DNA of 63,977 bases, the filler included, from Welwitschia mirabilis (lineage: Eukaryota), in NCBI GenBank assembly GCA_051453625.1. It is 6 parts of one record of this genome, joined end to end, with 100 filler letters (N's around TTAATTAATTAA, not from the genome) between each part and the next. Parts side by side here need not be neighbours in the genome. Positions count along the whole stretch, not along the records: positions 22,932 to 39,172 come from JBOZIK010000001.1; 5 more parts are not named here. One strand, 5' to 3'. Under the pieces are notes generated by a model. It ran no database searches, was not told the DNA's origin, and saw only the letters and a list, made by a program, of their open reading frames with translations. How positions within the stretch are numbered: position 1 is the first letter of the stretch; every line of letters begins with the position of its first letter. The position numbers were made by a program, and so were the translations under genes. Below, piece by piece: positions 25,311 through 39,272 of this stretch.

Positions 25311-27671
25311 TTGTGTGAGATATTTAGGCTTTTCAATAAATATGATCATTAAAAACCTTTTGGGGACTAAACCAAGAGGTGTGATACTGTTTTAAAAGGA
25401 CAATCATCTAAGAAATATTGACATAGGACTACTCACATGTGAAGGATTATTTGTGGATCATAAATTTCACGTAATATTATTGGAATTTAGTAAGGCTAAA
25501 TAAAGAACATGCATAAGTAAACCAATCAAGGGAAGGAAATAGACAAGTTAATATATTTAGGACTCCTATCATTCATGTTCATCATTAGTATATTGATGAC
25601 TAAGATAGGTATGATATCACACAAAGTTAAGAAAAAGGATTAGGAGACATCATTCTCGCCTTGATAATTTCAAAAATTGCTTGCTTATGTTGAATCATGC
25701 CTAATTATCATCCTAAAATTGCTTGCTTATGTTTGCATATAGAAATTTATGGATTTTGCTTACTTAATTTTTTTGGAGAAGCACTTCATATTCCCCATGT
25801 TAAATTCCTAGTTAGAGGAAAAATATGTTGTTTTACAAATGTTATATATTCCTTAAGGAACATTTTCATGTTAAAGTAACTTTAAGGGTTGTATGTCAAA
25901 ACTATGAATTTAGGATGAATAAAGACTCCTTGGAGTATGTAAAGTTACCATCCAACTTAGTAAGATGGTAACATGGGCTCCTTAGTGGATAAGGGTGAGG
26001 AGGTGTGTCAAATTAGAAACTTGTATGACCCTACCTTACTTATAAGTAGAATGACCATGTGTTATTACTCCGCATTTTGTAACCCTTAATTAGTAAACAT
26101 AATTATGCGATACATTTTGATATTAAATTTTAATGAAAATCCTTTTTCTTTAATTTGAGGCTTATGAGAATCAATGTGTAGCNNNNNNNNNNNNNNNNNN
26201 NNNNNNNNNNNNNNNNNNNNNNNNNNNNNNNNNNNNNNNNNNNNNNNNNNNNNNNNNNNNNNNNNNNNNNNNNNNNNNNNNNNNNNNNNNNNNNNNNNNN
26301 NNNNNNNNNNNNNNNNNNNNNNNNNNNNNNNNNNNNNNNNNNNNNNNNNNNNNNNNNNNNNNNNNNNNNNNNNNNNNNNNNNNNNNNNNNNNNNNNNNNN
26401 NNNNNNNNNNNNNNNNNNNNNNNNNNNNNNNNNNNNNNNNNNNNNNNNNNNNNNNNNNNNNNNNNNNNNNNNNNNNNNNNNNNNNNNNNNNNNNNNNNNN
26501 NNNNNNNNNNNNNNNNNNNNNNNNNNNNNNNNNNNNNNNNNNNNNNNNNNNNNNNNNNNNNNNNNNNNNNNNNNNNNNNNNNNNNNNNNNNNNNNNNNNN
26601 NNNNNNNNNNNNNNNNNNNNNNNNNNNNNNNNNNNNNNNNNNNNNNNNNNNNNNNNNNNNNNNNNNNNNNNNNNNNNNNNNNNNNNNNNNNNNNNNNNNN
26701 NNNNNNNNNNNNNNNNNNNNNNNNNNNNNNNNNNNNNNNNNNNNNNNNNNNNNNNNNNNNNNNNNNNNNNNNNNNNNNNNNNNNNNNNNNNNNNNNNNNN
26801 NNNNNNNNNNNNNNNNNNNNNNNNNNNNNNNNNNNNNNNNNNNNNNNNNNNNNNNNNNNNNNNNNNNNNNNNNNNNNNNTATTTTGATTTATAGATACTT
26901 ATAAGGTCACTTAATTAATTAATTTTAGTTTTGGATAATTTTATTATTTTAAATAACAATGATAATAATGAGAATTTTAATAGGAAAAGAAATTAATAAA
27001 TAAAGGATGTTCAACTATTAATACTAAGTAAACCTGTTTATGATAAGACATGCCATTTACATGGTTAAATTGAAAAATTCACATGAAGGTGTAAAATAAT
27101 AATAAAATGTCTATATAAATAACATGTGACATCTTTGTTTTAATCATTTATCCATGTGTTAGATTTGAAAATAAAGGAAAAACTAAAATTACTTGATAAA
27201 CGTAGAAGAATAATAAGTAGGTAAAAACTAAGTGTAATATATTCAATTATGACATTTTCTTACATTCAACTATGACATTTCTTTCTTGTGGTTTGTGTTG
27301 TTACTGTGATGAATCATGAAGAGTATAGGCATGTGAATAAAGACATGCACTCTTATGAGTAGGCATTATTTTACTATGACTTTTATCTTTATTGATATTG
27401 GTGAAAGTACTTTCTGCATAAAATAATAATTTTCTTGTTCACTTGAAGGAAAAAAATTATTTTATCATGTCACATGGCAATTTTGGAATTAGAGCACTTA
27501 TTCTTCCGATGCAATTTACATGTCATAATCAAATATACTTTAAATTGATTATAAGCCTATGAAGGATTAATAAGGAAATAGCATAAGGAAATGATGTATG
27601 TAATTAATCTTGCTAATTAAAGAAAGAAAATTACTCACCCTTTTAGGTGCATAAGTTATAAATAAGATTCC

Positions 27672-27945
27672 TTTTGTCATTCATACATTACTTTCACTTC
27701 TTACATAAGTTTTTATAACTTTTCATTAATCAATCTTATTACTTGTCACTCATATGTGAATGTAACCTTTTACATAAGCTCTTCCAACTTGTCATAAATT
27801 AACATTGTCGTTTGTTATTCATATGTCAATATTGCGTCTACACAAGCTCATCCAACTTGTCATTGATTAATTTTGTCATTTGTCATTCATATGTCCACGA
27901 CCTTTTACACAAACTCATTCAACTTATAATTGATCAATCTTATCA
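27672..27945. repeat. Degenerate ~69-bp tandem array (~4 copies) just upstream of a TATA-like site; probably part of an old LTR
   Basis: Recurrent ttgtca(t/c)tcatatgt...taca(c/t)aagctc.tccaacttgtcat. ctataaatag at ~28034 is followed by a CT-rich tract. Confidence 0.7.
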
Positions 27946-30900
27946 AGCAAAAGTGATTTTTTTAATCTTATGGGTAAATTGATGTGGATGAACTTTAACC
28001 AATTAAATCAAGAACCTTTGGTACATCGTTTATCTATAAATAGATCTCTCTCTTTTCTTCTCAAGAGAATTTTTTCAAGCAAGTTTGTGCTATCAAAATT
28101 TTTTCTCAATCTTTCATCCTCTTTGAGTGTGGAGTTAGAGCTTGAATCTTGAAGGTTTGAGCTTAGAGCTTAGAGCTAGGATTTTATGGCTTAGAACTTT
28201 ATTAAGTCTTTATCAAGGATCATCAATCTTTTATCTTCCAAGTAGGTTTCTCTGTTATAAGAATTTTCGCTCCATGCTAGTATTTTGCATTAGCCTATGC
28301 ATATAATTATAGTACCAATATATTATTAATGTTATCCCTTACATTGAATGAGACAAAAATGAGAGAGTGATTTGAGGGATCTTTTTACATGCTTAGTTAA
28401 TAGAGTTACCGATGGAGATTTTCCATCCCACTGGCTGATGCTAAGATGAGAGAGAGATTTAAGGAAACTCTTAACATGCTTAGTTGAGAGAGTTACTAAT
28501 GGAGATTTTAGTCAAGTGATCAGGGGGTTCACATTATTATTTGGATACCCATGTTGTTTTGCATTGTCATAAAGCATTTTACATTATTTATGCATCAAAT
28601 TGGCATTAGAGTTCTTATTAGGATGAATGATTCTAATCCTAAAAATCCATTTAGGCTAGGCCTTCCTTCTTGAAAAGTCCTAAGGCTCATGGCACTTCTT
28701 GCATTAAATATTATTGAAATTTAAATTTTTATTATTTATAATTTATTTTACATACCTTTTATACTAATTTTAATATGCATTTTTAGTTAAGTTATTGATT
28801 TGGATTTCTATAAATTAATGTAAGTTCTCATGTCCTTAGTGTTGTTAAAGTTTATTTTTACCCAAAAGTAAAGCATGATTTAAGAAAGCTATAACTCATT
28901 TAATACTAAATAAATATTTATAAAATTTTTTAATCAAGTTTAGAATCATGTTAGGAGTTCAAAAACTTTAAAATAGTAACTCTTATGAGAATGGATAAAT
29001 TTTTAAAATTTATTATATGAGAATAATTCAATAATTATAAATAGAAAATAGTAAGGAAAAAGTCTCACTTTTTAGAATTAATAGTTAGTTTTGGATAAAA
29101 GTGAAGTAGTGCAGGTTGTAGAGAATTCAACTAGCTTTCTAGGACATATTTATTTATTTAACAATTTTAACTAAATTACAAGTTATAACCATTTGAGTAT
29201 AAGGTATTGTTCTAACAGCTCCAAAATTTAGGTAGTTCTTAGAGTCATATTTTAATCTTATAAAATGTGTTTTTAGCAATTTAAATTTGATAAAATTAAT
29301 TTTTAGAAATAACATATTGAGTTTAGTTTAAGAAAGGTGAATCTACTTAATTTTTATATTATTAAATAATTAGTTAGAAATTTTTAGTTCTAATGCCTTT
29401 TACTATGAAAATTTCTCAATAAAGTTGATAATTAGAGAATGAGCTTAATATAAATATTCAATAATTTGAAATACTATATATGATTACTAGTTAACTTATA
29501 TTTGTCTTATATTATTCTTGTATACTAATTATTAATAAGTAGGCCCTTATTCTTGCATTTCAAGCATAATCATTAAGTTTGTCTACTTAGGTAATTTTAG
29601 AGGTGTAGCTAAATCCCCAAATTTTATTAATGTATGTGATGAAACTTATCCATGTATGTGATAAAACAAGATAACATCCCATGAACTTTATAAAGATATT
29701 TTTATGTGATGAAAACAAAAGTTAAGAATAAATATAGGACACAACTTTGACATCGTTAGTGTATGCAAACCAAAAGGTTCTATGATTAAGAAGTGATTAT
29801 GTTATTTAATAATTTAAAATCTTATAATGTTTTAATAGGGCCTAAGTAAGAATTAATCCTAGATTCCACTGTGCATGTTAGTTAATAATACTATCTTAAA
29901 AAAAGTGCTTAATTGGGGTAATTAAAGTCATGGTTTTACATGGTGATTGCCCACACAAATTATTTAGTTATGCCTAGGACCTCATAATGTATTAATCAAG
30001 GCATTCAAAAGTTCAAATCTCTGACTTTTTATCCATGACCTTCTAAATAAAGGATGACAAGATTCTTATTATTCATGGTACTAATGATTAAGGCCACAAG
30101 CTATCAAAAATGTATTAGGATAAGTGGTAAAATAGGCATGTTGTTCTTAATAGGTTATAGGTTTGCACTTACTATTCTCTTTATTTAGGATTAAGGGATG
30201 AACTTGTGTTTTATCAAGGATAGTTTTATTTACTAGAGAATTCCAAATGACCTAATTAGATGTTATTTTGTTATAGTGGATGTGAGAGGCTTGTAGCATC
30301 TTTTTAAGCAACCTAAGAAAAGTTCATATCTTGAATGTCAATGGGTTATGCAACACCTGTAGGCACCTTATTTTGCATTTATCAAGTTCCTTTAGAAGCC
30401 TTATTCTTCGAGTTTCTTTGCTACATGAATATTGGCAAGTTATCTAATACAATTGAAATCTAAGCCCTAGCATTTTCCTCACTTAAGAGCACACCCATTT
30501 AGATAGTGTTCTAAATAGAATATCAAACTCAATTCCATGTTTGATGGGAGTCTAAAGTCTCTCTTGTATTCTTTTTAATAGAATTATCATATTATGTCTA
30601 GTGAATTATAGACGTTAACTTTTGTGTGCATCTTCAACTTACAACATATCTTGAAACAATTTCATGGGTTTTGAAACCCAAGGTTATTTTTTCTAGCTTG
30701 ACATAGTGAAGTTTACATGTATAATTGATTAACTTCTTTGATTAGTTCATAATTAATATCATCTATCAATTGGGTATCATAACTCATCATACTGAAAACA
30801 TTCGAATAAAACGATTTAGTACTTAGTAATGCTTTTTATGACTTCACATGTTTTATTAGTGTTTAATATTATGTAACTATAAAAGAGAGAAATAAGTATA

Positions 30901-31665
30901 CACTAGCATTTAGAGGACTCATCCTGTGCATTTTAATGAGAAAAGAAGAAAAGGCTAAATGTTATGAAACATTTTTTTGGTTGATCTTATTTTCTATTAT
31001 TTTTGGACATATACTTCTTGTTTGTTTCTTGATCATGTTTATCAAATAGATAATCAAAGTATAATTATATCAAGTATTGATCTAATTTAATAATTTTGAT
31101 CTCATTCATGATTCCTGCAAGGTTGGTATGTGATTTTGACAACATTATTTTTTAATATAGAATCTACTATAGTAAATTATACAGTATTAACCTTAACTAA
31201 TGGGGTGGTAGTTCAGTTGGAACTTGTCCTCCATTTAGAAGGTCCACAAGGTTTTTGAATGTCTTATATGCCATGCTATGAGGTCATGAACATCATTAAA
31301 TCATTTGTTTGGGTGATTGTAGTGGTTATACTTCTCAAAAAGGAACAACCACTAAAGGTTTTGAGTTTGACATCACTTGTTATAAACATTAACCTTAAAA
31401 AGTTACCTCTAACATTTATTTCATTAATTCTTTTTATTAAGGATAGCTCTACACTAGCATTAATATTTCTTTTAATTGAACTCGAAAATGAAGACCATAC
31501 CTTTAGCTCTCCTTAGATGCCTTATGGTTATCTCTTGCTATGTTGAAATTACAAGTTAGCATCATGCAATACAAATTTTATTTATTGTATTGACTTTGTA
31601 GTAATTGTAGATATTCTTCATTACAAAGAAGAAGAAATATTGAATTATCACATGACACACTACGT

Positions 31666-31960
31666 TCAATGATTAATAGCGCTAAAGATTATGTTTTTCA
31701 AGGTTTTTAGATAATTGGTGCATGCCATTTCATGTATATCATGAACAAGTTTTTTGGGTAGTCTCTTTTTAATAGTTGAAAAACTAGCCTCTACTTTCAC
31801 AAGAAATCCTGTTAAAAAATTAAGAGTTCTTCTTTCTAAACTTTTTATTGTGTTAAAAATAAAGATGTAGTTCAACTTATATTTTTCAATGAATAACATT
31901 ATCATTTAACTTTACATTAGATTTATAATTTTGAATATTGAAAAATGAGGTGTTTCACCA
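31666..31960 (-). pseudogene. Possible hAT transposase C-terminal (dimerisation) remnant
   Basis: Minus-strand VIH*K...KSLERRTLNFLTGFLVKVEASFSTIKKR...EMACTNYL loosely resembles the hAT pattern ILxWWK...LARDILAIPxSTVASESAFSTGGR...EALIC. Weak similarity. Confidence 0.3.
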
Positions 31961-34900
31961 ATATCTCATTAATATTAAAAAATGACATATTTCACTTATA
32001 TCTCATTGTTGGATTATATTATGAATTCTTGTTTAATGTTTCTTCATAAGATTTTATAATAGTTTTAGAATGAAATGCAAGTTTAAATGGAACACATTAT
32101 TTTTCATAAAATAGAAAACTAAGAAGATTGATTTTGAACACTCATGTAGTTACGTTATAGATAGATGTGCATAGAGACTATATGGGAGTAGATTTAAAGC
32201 ATGATATCTTCTTGAATGGTAAACATTAAAAGGCATTCTATTATGTAAAAGTATACACAAATGAAATTCTTAGAATGAAGCATCTTATCTATGACAACAT
32301 GTCGTATTTGGATTACCTTGTTATTAGTTATTTAATATCTTTTAAAAATATTTAATTTTCATTAACAATAATGTTTATAAAGCACAGTCTAAATACACTT
32401 TTACATCATTTTAGATTACTTCTCAGATCTATTTTAAAATTATTATAAAATCAAAATCAAATTATATATATGAACAATCAAATAAAAGTTATTTATTGAA
32501 GGCTTTATACTTTTATAACCCATTAAGATACTAATTAGAAGTTTCATTTTGCTTTAGTACAATATATTTATTTGATTGAAAAGTACAAAGGATTAAGTTT
32601 ATAGATATTTTGTCACGTCTAGATTTTTCAAGGTCAAAAGATTTATTCCAAATAATATAATGAAAATAAAATAAAAATAATCTTTACCTTGGGCAACCTA
32701 CCGAGTTGATTTACTTGTTAGATTTTTTATTTATTCTTTATTTATTAGCATATTATTATAACTTTTCTTTATTTATTAGCATATTAGTATAATTTGTTAT
32801 GTAATTTTTACTTTATTAGTTAAAACTTATTGTGCTATAACTATTATTTTAAATGCTCTCTTTTCTTGTAACCACTATAATTAATAATATTATGTTTGTA
32901 GTCTTTACTTACTTACTTAATGATATACATTTAGTAGCTAAATTAGTGATTGTACAAATATTATTTTTGTAAATGTTGCATTTAATTTACGATGATTAGT
33001 GTATTTCCTTATTTTCTTACTTTCTCATTTTAGTGCATATACAAGATTCTTGTAATAGCTATAATTATTAAGATGTGTTATGTTAGCTTATTTTAATATT
33101 TTATCCTAGTAGTGCATACTAAAGTAACACCCATAATTATGACATTACATTTTCTTTTATTAGTAGTTAATATGTGCTCATTATGACAAAATATTTATAT
33201 GTGTCAAATTCTTATCTTGATGTTCTGTTGAAATTACTTGCTAGATGTCTCATCTTGATTCTTTTTCTTAATAATTGCAAGTAGTGTTATGTTTTCAAAA
33301 TTTTGGCATTTTTCTTTGAATGGTTTATTTGAGTAAAAGCCAATGATTTTTCATCTTTTCTAAAAAAGTGTAAGATGCCATGTGAATGAGTTTTATCTTC
33401 TTTATACTAACTTTGGAAAATACCAAAAACGTTTTGGATTATGTAACTTATGTATTGATGATGCAGGCATCTTTTTCATGGCTATTATTGAAATATTTTT
33501 GGCAAGTTGAGCATTTATTATTATTATAATGAAATATTAAATATACCACGTGTCCAGGTCGAGCAATGATTGGAGGTTAGGGAATCATAACCATTTTCCA
33601 AGAATAGTAGTAGATGATATGCGTCCATTAAAATTCTCAATTTCTTTTGAATTCCTTCTTCTGATTATAAATAGGACCTCCTTTCCTTTAATCTTATTAT
33701 CTGGAATATTTTTTAGACTTGAATTTTCGTGACCTTATACCTTGGAGCTTTATAAATGTTTAAGTCTTTGAAAGCTTGGAGTCTTTGGAGCTTGGGCCAT
33801 AGCAATCTTAAAGAATTTCACATTGAATCATGGGTATGGTCCTAGGATATCCTCTTTATTTCTTGCATGGTCCTGTACATTTCTTAACTCTTATATGGTC
33901 TAGATTTCTTTTCCTATGTATCTTATATAATTCTTATGATTTTCTTATATCTTTATATGGTTCTACTATTAGTTTTATTTCAAGTATGATTCCGTTGTAT
34001 TCTTAAATTTTTTTTATACGATTCTAAGTTCTTACATTCTTTTGCGATCCAAAGGAATTCTTGTTTTCCTACTAAATCATATGTTTTATTTGAATTCTTG
34101 TAAATTTCTAAATTATCTTACTTATCTCTATATTTTAAAATGTTTTAATGAGTATTTGTTGTATAGTTCAAAGATTATTCTTGCATGAATCTTGTTTTTT
34201 GTGAAAATCCTTGATGCTTCAAAAGTAAACCTATGAAAGCAATTCTTGTCCTTTTTTGAGATATCTTTAAAACTTCAAATCTTATTATGGAAACAAAATT
34301 TCCACAGATCATCAAATGAGGCAATGAACAAACAAAAACCATAGATCACCGAATAAGGCAATGATAAATTATATGATAAAACTAATTAATCTCATTCCCA
34401 TTCCCATGAAAATCTAATGCTTGATTATCTAAAGTCTTTGTTCTTATCTCATCTTCATCTATCTTGTATCTTGAAGTTCTTCTTACCTTTATTTTTGCCT
34501 TATCTGGACCATAATGGGGATTATGATGATTTACAGTTCTCACTCCATATTGTTTTGTGTTAAATAGGTCATAAACTAGAGCACAGTAAAACTTGATTTA
34601 TCTTGCTAAGGAGGACATATGAAAATGAAATATTTATTATCTAACTTGTGCTTGAAAAATGTTAATTGGAGTGATTATGGTTGAATTTTTGTTTGCAAAA
34701 ATTGGTAGTCATTTATCTCTAATAGACTTATAAACATTGTATCTTTAAGATATTAAATTGATCTATTACTTAAACTTTTAAGTTTTGTTTTCCATTTGAA
34801 AAGGCTCAGAGTTGTAGCTTTATTTGAAGCTTTATTTTAATAAGTTTATCTAGCATGTAATGTTTTCTGTTGTAAAATATTCCTTTCTNNNNNNNNNNNN

Positions 34901-35245
34901 NNNNNNNNNNNNNNNNNNNNNNNNNNNNNNNNNNNNNNNNNNNNNNNNNNNNNNNNNNNNNNNNNNNNNNNNNNNNNNNNNNNNNNNNNNNNNNNNNNNN
35001 NNNNNNNNNNNNNNNNNNNNNNNNNNNNNNNNNNNNNNNNNNNNNNNNNNNNNNNNNNNNNNNNNNNNNNNNNNNNNNNNNNNNNNNNNNNNNNNNNNNN
35101 NNNNNNNNNNNNNNNNNNNNNNNNNNNNNNNNNNNNNNNNNNNNNNNNNNNNNNNNNNNNNNNNNNNNNNNNNNNNNNNNNNNNNNNNNNNNNNNNNNNN
35201 NNNNNNNNNNNNNNNNNNNNNNNNNNNNNNNNNNNNNNNNNNNNN

Positions 35246-38200
35246 CATCTATCAGATTTGCTATTGTTATAGTCTGTTGTTGTCAAGAAATAATGCCTTC
35301 TTCCTTGACTTTGATCATCTTCTTTGGCACTGTAAATTCTCATGAAAGGAGATTGAAGGGTAGGAGATCTATATGTTAATTGCAGAGAGACGCCTTCCTA
35401 GGTGTTGGGCTGTGTATCCTTCATTAAGATCCCACTGTTTTGTAACATAGATGTTAGTTTGAATATAATAAAAACTTTGTTTTTTTCTTTTCATATCTTT
35501 TGTTATGTGCATTTTTATTATGGTTTATGTTTCTTATGATTCTGTGATAGCTTCATCTATGATATAGATCACGAGGACAATCTTTATTAAGATTGATACT
35601 GGTAGTTTAGGTGCATTACATTTCATTTTCTAGATTAACTTTTCATTGTTTTCATATTCTGTTCGATGCACCTGATAGCTTAGATTAGTCTTGGTCCAAT
35701 GACAGATTTTCTTTATTGATCTAGATTATACACGTTGATCTCTGTGACAAGTTAATTTGATATCAAATAGATGTTGTATTTAGATTAGTTTTGCATCTCA
35801 TTTGCATAAGTGTGTTGTTTTTGCATTGTTTACTTTGCATTGTTATTATGTTCTACTTAGGGATTACACTAATATTTCATTTAAAATCAATTCTCTTTCT
35901 TCTCACCTATGCCTTCAACAGAATTATGACATTTGGGTTTATTCTCATCTACATTAGTGTGTTGTATTTGTGCATATGTTTGTGATTGACAGGATTTGAT
36001 TAAGAGCATAACGTTATATAAATATATACCATAACATCTTTGTGCCATTATCAGGGAAGGCTGTAAGGATTTTGAGGATTTTTATTACCCAAATAAGTGC
36101 TTTAAATTTTGATTCAAGTATTTGTTTGTAGTAGTAGTATACTTTTATCGTAAATATCATAGCTTTTTTCCCTCTTTTTTTTCATGTTTTTCATTTTTTA
36201 TTTTGTGTTTTTCAAGCCTGTCATCTTCTCTGTCATCCAAACAGAATAGGTAGACAATGGTCTAAGGTTAGGATTTTTTGTTATTTTTCTTCTACAAGTT
36301 TATTTTTGGTTTTCTTCCATGTAATAAGTCAATATTGTCTCCTCTGTCATTCGAATGGCACTAGAAGATGACTAACAGTGTGTTTTTGTTTTGGTTTTTG
36401 GCAATTCAGTTTTTTAGTTTCTCTGTTTTTGTTTTCTATTTTCTAATTGTCTAAGATATTGTCTAGGCAATGACCAAGATAATGAAAAGGCAAATATTTT
36501 TCTCAATGTGCAAGGACATGATAAAATCTAGTGAAAAGCTGAAATATCTGAGGGAACAAAGCTTAATCAAAAAAATATTAGAAAAGGCTTACTTGATAGA
36601 AAATAAAATACAAGTATGCACATCCCAGGTAAATAATTTTTAAGATTTGAAGAAAATTTTTTCTGATTTTATAATTCTAGGACCAAATTTTTCAAATAGC
36701 TATAGTAAAAATAAAAGAATAGGAGAAAAAAATCATTTGTTCACTTTTTATTAGTGAATAGTATTACTTACAGACATGATAAAACCTCTAATTCAAATGC
36801 AAACATTATTGTAGGAGAAAAATTTGCTAGAAGGGGATATGAAAGACAAAAATCTTTTAACTAATCTCCTAATGATGATTTAGAAATTAAAGCTGAGAAT
36901 TCTTCTTATTCATCCTTCTCATCCACTTTTAAGAATAATGATAAGAGACCACTTCGAGAAATATTAGCTGAAATGAGAGTTGAAGAAAGGAGGAGAAAAC
37001 TTAGAAATTTTAAGAATAATGGAAATAAAGCACTTAGAGAAATATTTCAAGAATAATTCTGGGGAACTTTAAATGATGTTGAGACTAGAACCCCTCCCTC
37101 TTTTTAAACTTCTTATTTTTTATATCTTTCTTTTTAAACTTCAAATGAAAATGGCAATGATGATTCAGAACATTTTAGGAATTTCACCTCATCTAGTGAA
37201 ACATCCTATAATCATTTTAGTCAATTCCAACAATCTCCCATGAGTTATTATGAAGAACAACCATCTTCCATCCATTATCATAAAGAAGAAGATCCATCTA
37301 CCATACTGTACTATGGAGACAGAAATGATGCAGTAACAAAAATGCTTAAGAAAATGAAAATGAGGCAAGAAAATACCAACAAGAACTTAAAAAATTTGAT
37401 TTAAATGTTTTAACAAAATTTATTACAAATTTAATAATCTCAAGGCTCTTTTACACATCAAACCTATTGTACTACATCCCATCTTGAGAATCATGAGGAG
37501 AACTTAGAAATAATATGTAACAATAATTCTTGCTTCAACATAGAAAATGAAAGTATGGATCAGCCTACAACATCAGACTTATTAGGAGATGGACAACAAA
37601 AGAAAAACAATAAGTTTTAACTCCATTATTCGATAGTAAGGATAAAAATGATGATTTCTTAGATGATGAGCTAAGTTATAATCCCATCCAATTCCTATTA
37701 GAAAATAAAGATGAAACAAAAGAATTAACTTATGAAAAATTTAAAAATTATTTAATCCATGATAAACATAATGATTATATTNNNNNNNNNNNNNNNNNNN
37801 NNNNNNNNNNNNNNNNNNNNNNNNNNNNNNNNNNNNNNNNNNNNNNNNNNNNNNNNNNNNNNNNNNNNNNNNNNNNNNNNNATAAACATAATGATCAAAT
37901 TTCTCCTTCTAATGAATCTAATGAATTGAAAAATAATAACATGCAACAAAACAATGAGGATGGTGAGGAAGAAGAAGATGATGATTATATTAAAATGTTA
38001 GATCATATCCCCAATTTTTTCTTACTTTATGATGAGGATGAAAGAGTTCAACATTTTAAAGAAGCTCAACATATGAGATTAGGGGGGAATTTAAGTGATG
38101 AAACAAAATTAGTGGAGAATTTACATTATGAAGGGAGTTATCCACCAATGTCGTCCAAATGATAATCCAAGACGATAGTCAGTAATAGCAACTCAACAAC

Positions 38201-39172
38201 AAAAATGAGGATTACAATTTAGAATTAATAGAGTTATTCAACAGAGAGGAAGAAGAGTCAACTCAAAAAATAGTAGAAAATCTTCCATCACATAATGAGA
38301 ACTTTTCTTTCTATGATCATTTTAATGATGTTTTTGAGAATCCACCAACTTAAAAAATAAAAATAATCCTCAACAAAACAATAATGAGTTTAATAAAGAA
38401 GAGAAAGATAGAGTCAATGATATTGATAAAGACAATGAAAAAGAAGGAGATATTATCAAAGAACATAATGAAGAAAGTAAAGAAAGCATTCAATCAAGTA
38501 ATGATGAAGTCAATAGTGAGGAGGAGAGGAATAAAGAAGAACTAATTAAAAATTAAACAAACTTAATGAAGAATAGAGTTATACTTTCCAATGAAATAAA
38601 CCAACTTAAAGAGTTTACTCATGCCTTTCCATCACTTTCACTTGTACTTTCACCAAAAACCTCAAATGATATCTCTCCTTCTATTCCTACTTCCACATTA
38701 ACTTATGACCTTGACAATGATAACCTTTTTCCCTCTTTTCCATTTGAACATTTAAGTAATTCTCCAAATCACATTGCTCTTCTTGAATTTAATGAAACAC
38801 ATTATCTTGAGGAGTCTACTCTAAAAATCTCTTAATCTTTTCCTTTTAAACTTCATGTGCTACAAAAAGTAACATCTTTTTCTCTTGTACAAAGTTAACT
38901 TTACCTTGTGCTTTCAATGATTACTCTTTTTAAAAAAAAGACTCGGGATATCTTGGATCTCTAACTTTGGGAAAACCATATCTTCTTAATTCAAATCCAT
39001 GCTTATAATTAAATGTTAAGGAGCTTCTTAGTATGTTAAACCTATCTTAATCAATTATGTTGAGAAGTTTCTTCAAAAGCGCTAGATCCCAAATTATACC
39101 ATTAATGTCTCTTATGTTTAATATCAAGCTTTGAATGTAATTTATGTTTCAAATCCTTTATATCATGAGTTT
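35246..39172 (+). mobile_element. Athila-like Ty3/gypsy element: 3' part of 5' LTR, tRNA-Asp-type PBS, degenerate Glu/Asn-rich internal ORF
   Basis: LTR ends ataaCA at 36036. ttgtgccattatcaggga (36040-36057) differs from the Athila PBS TGGCGCCGTTGCCGGGGA mostly by C>T/G>A changes. The LTR is the inverted homologue of 39450-39700 and 41040-41500. Acidic reading frames run 36870-38830. Confidence 0.65.
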
Positions 39173-39272
39173 NNNNNNNNNNNNNNNNNNNNNNNNNNNN
39201 NNNNNNNNNNNNNNNNTTAATTAATTAANNNNNNNNNNNNNNNNNNNNNNNNNNNNNNNNNNNNNNNNNNNN

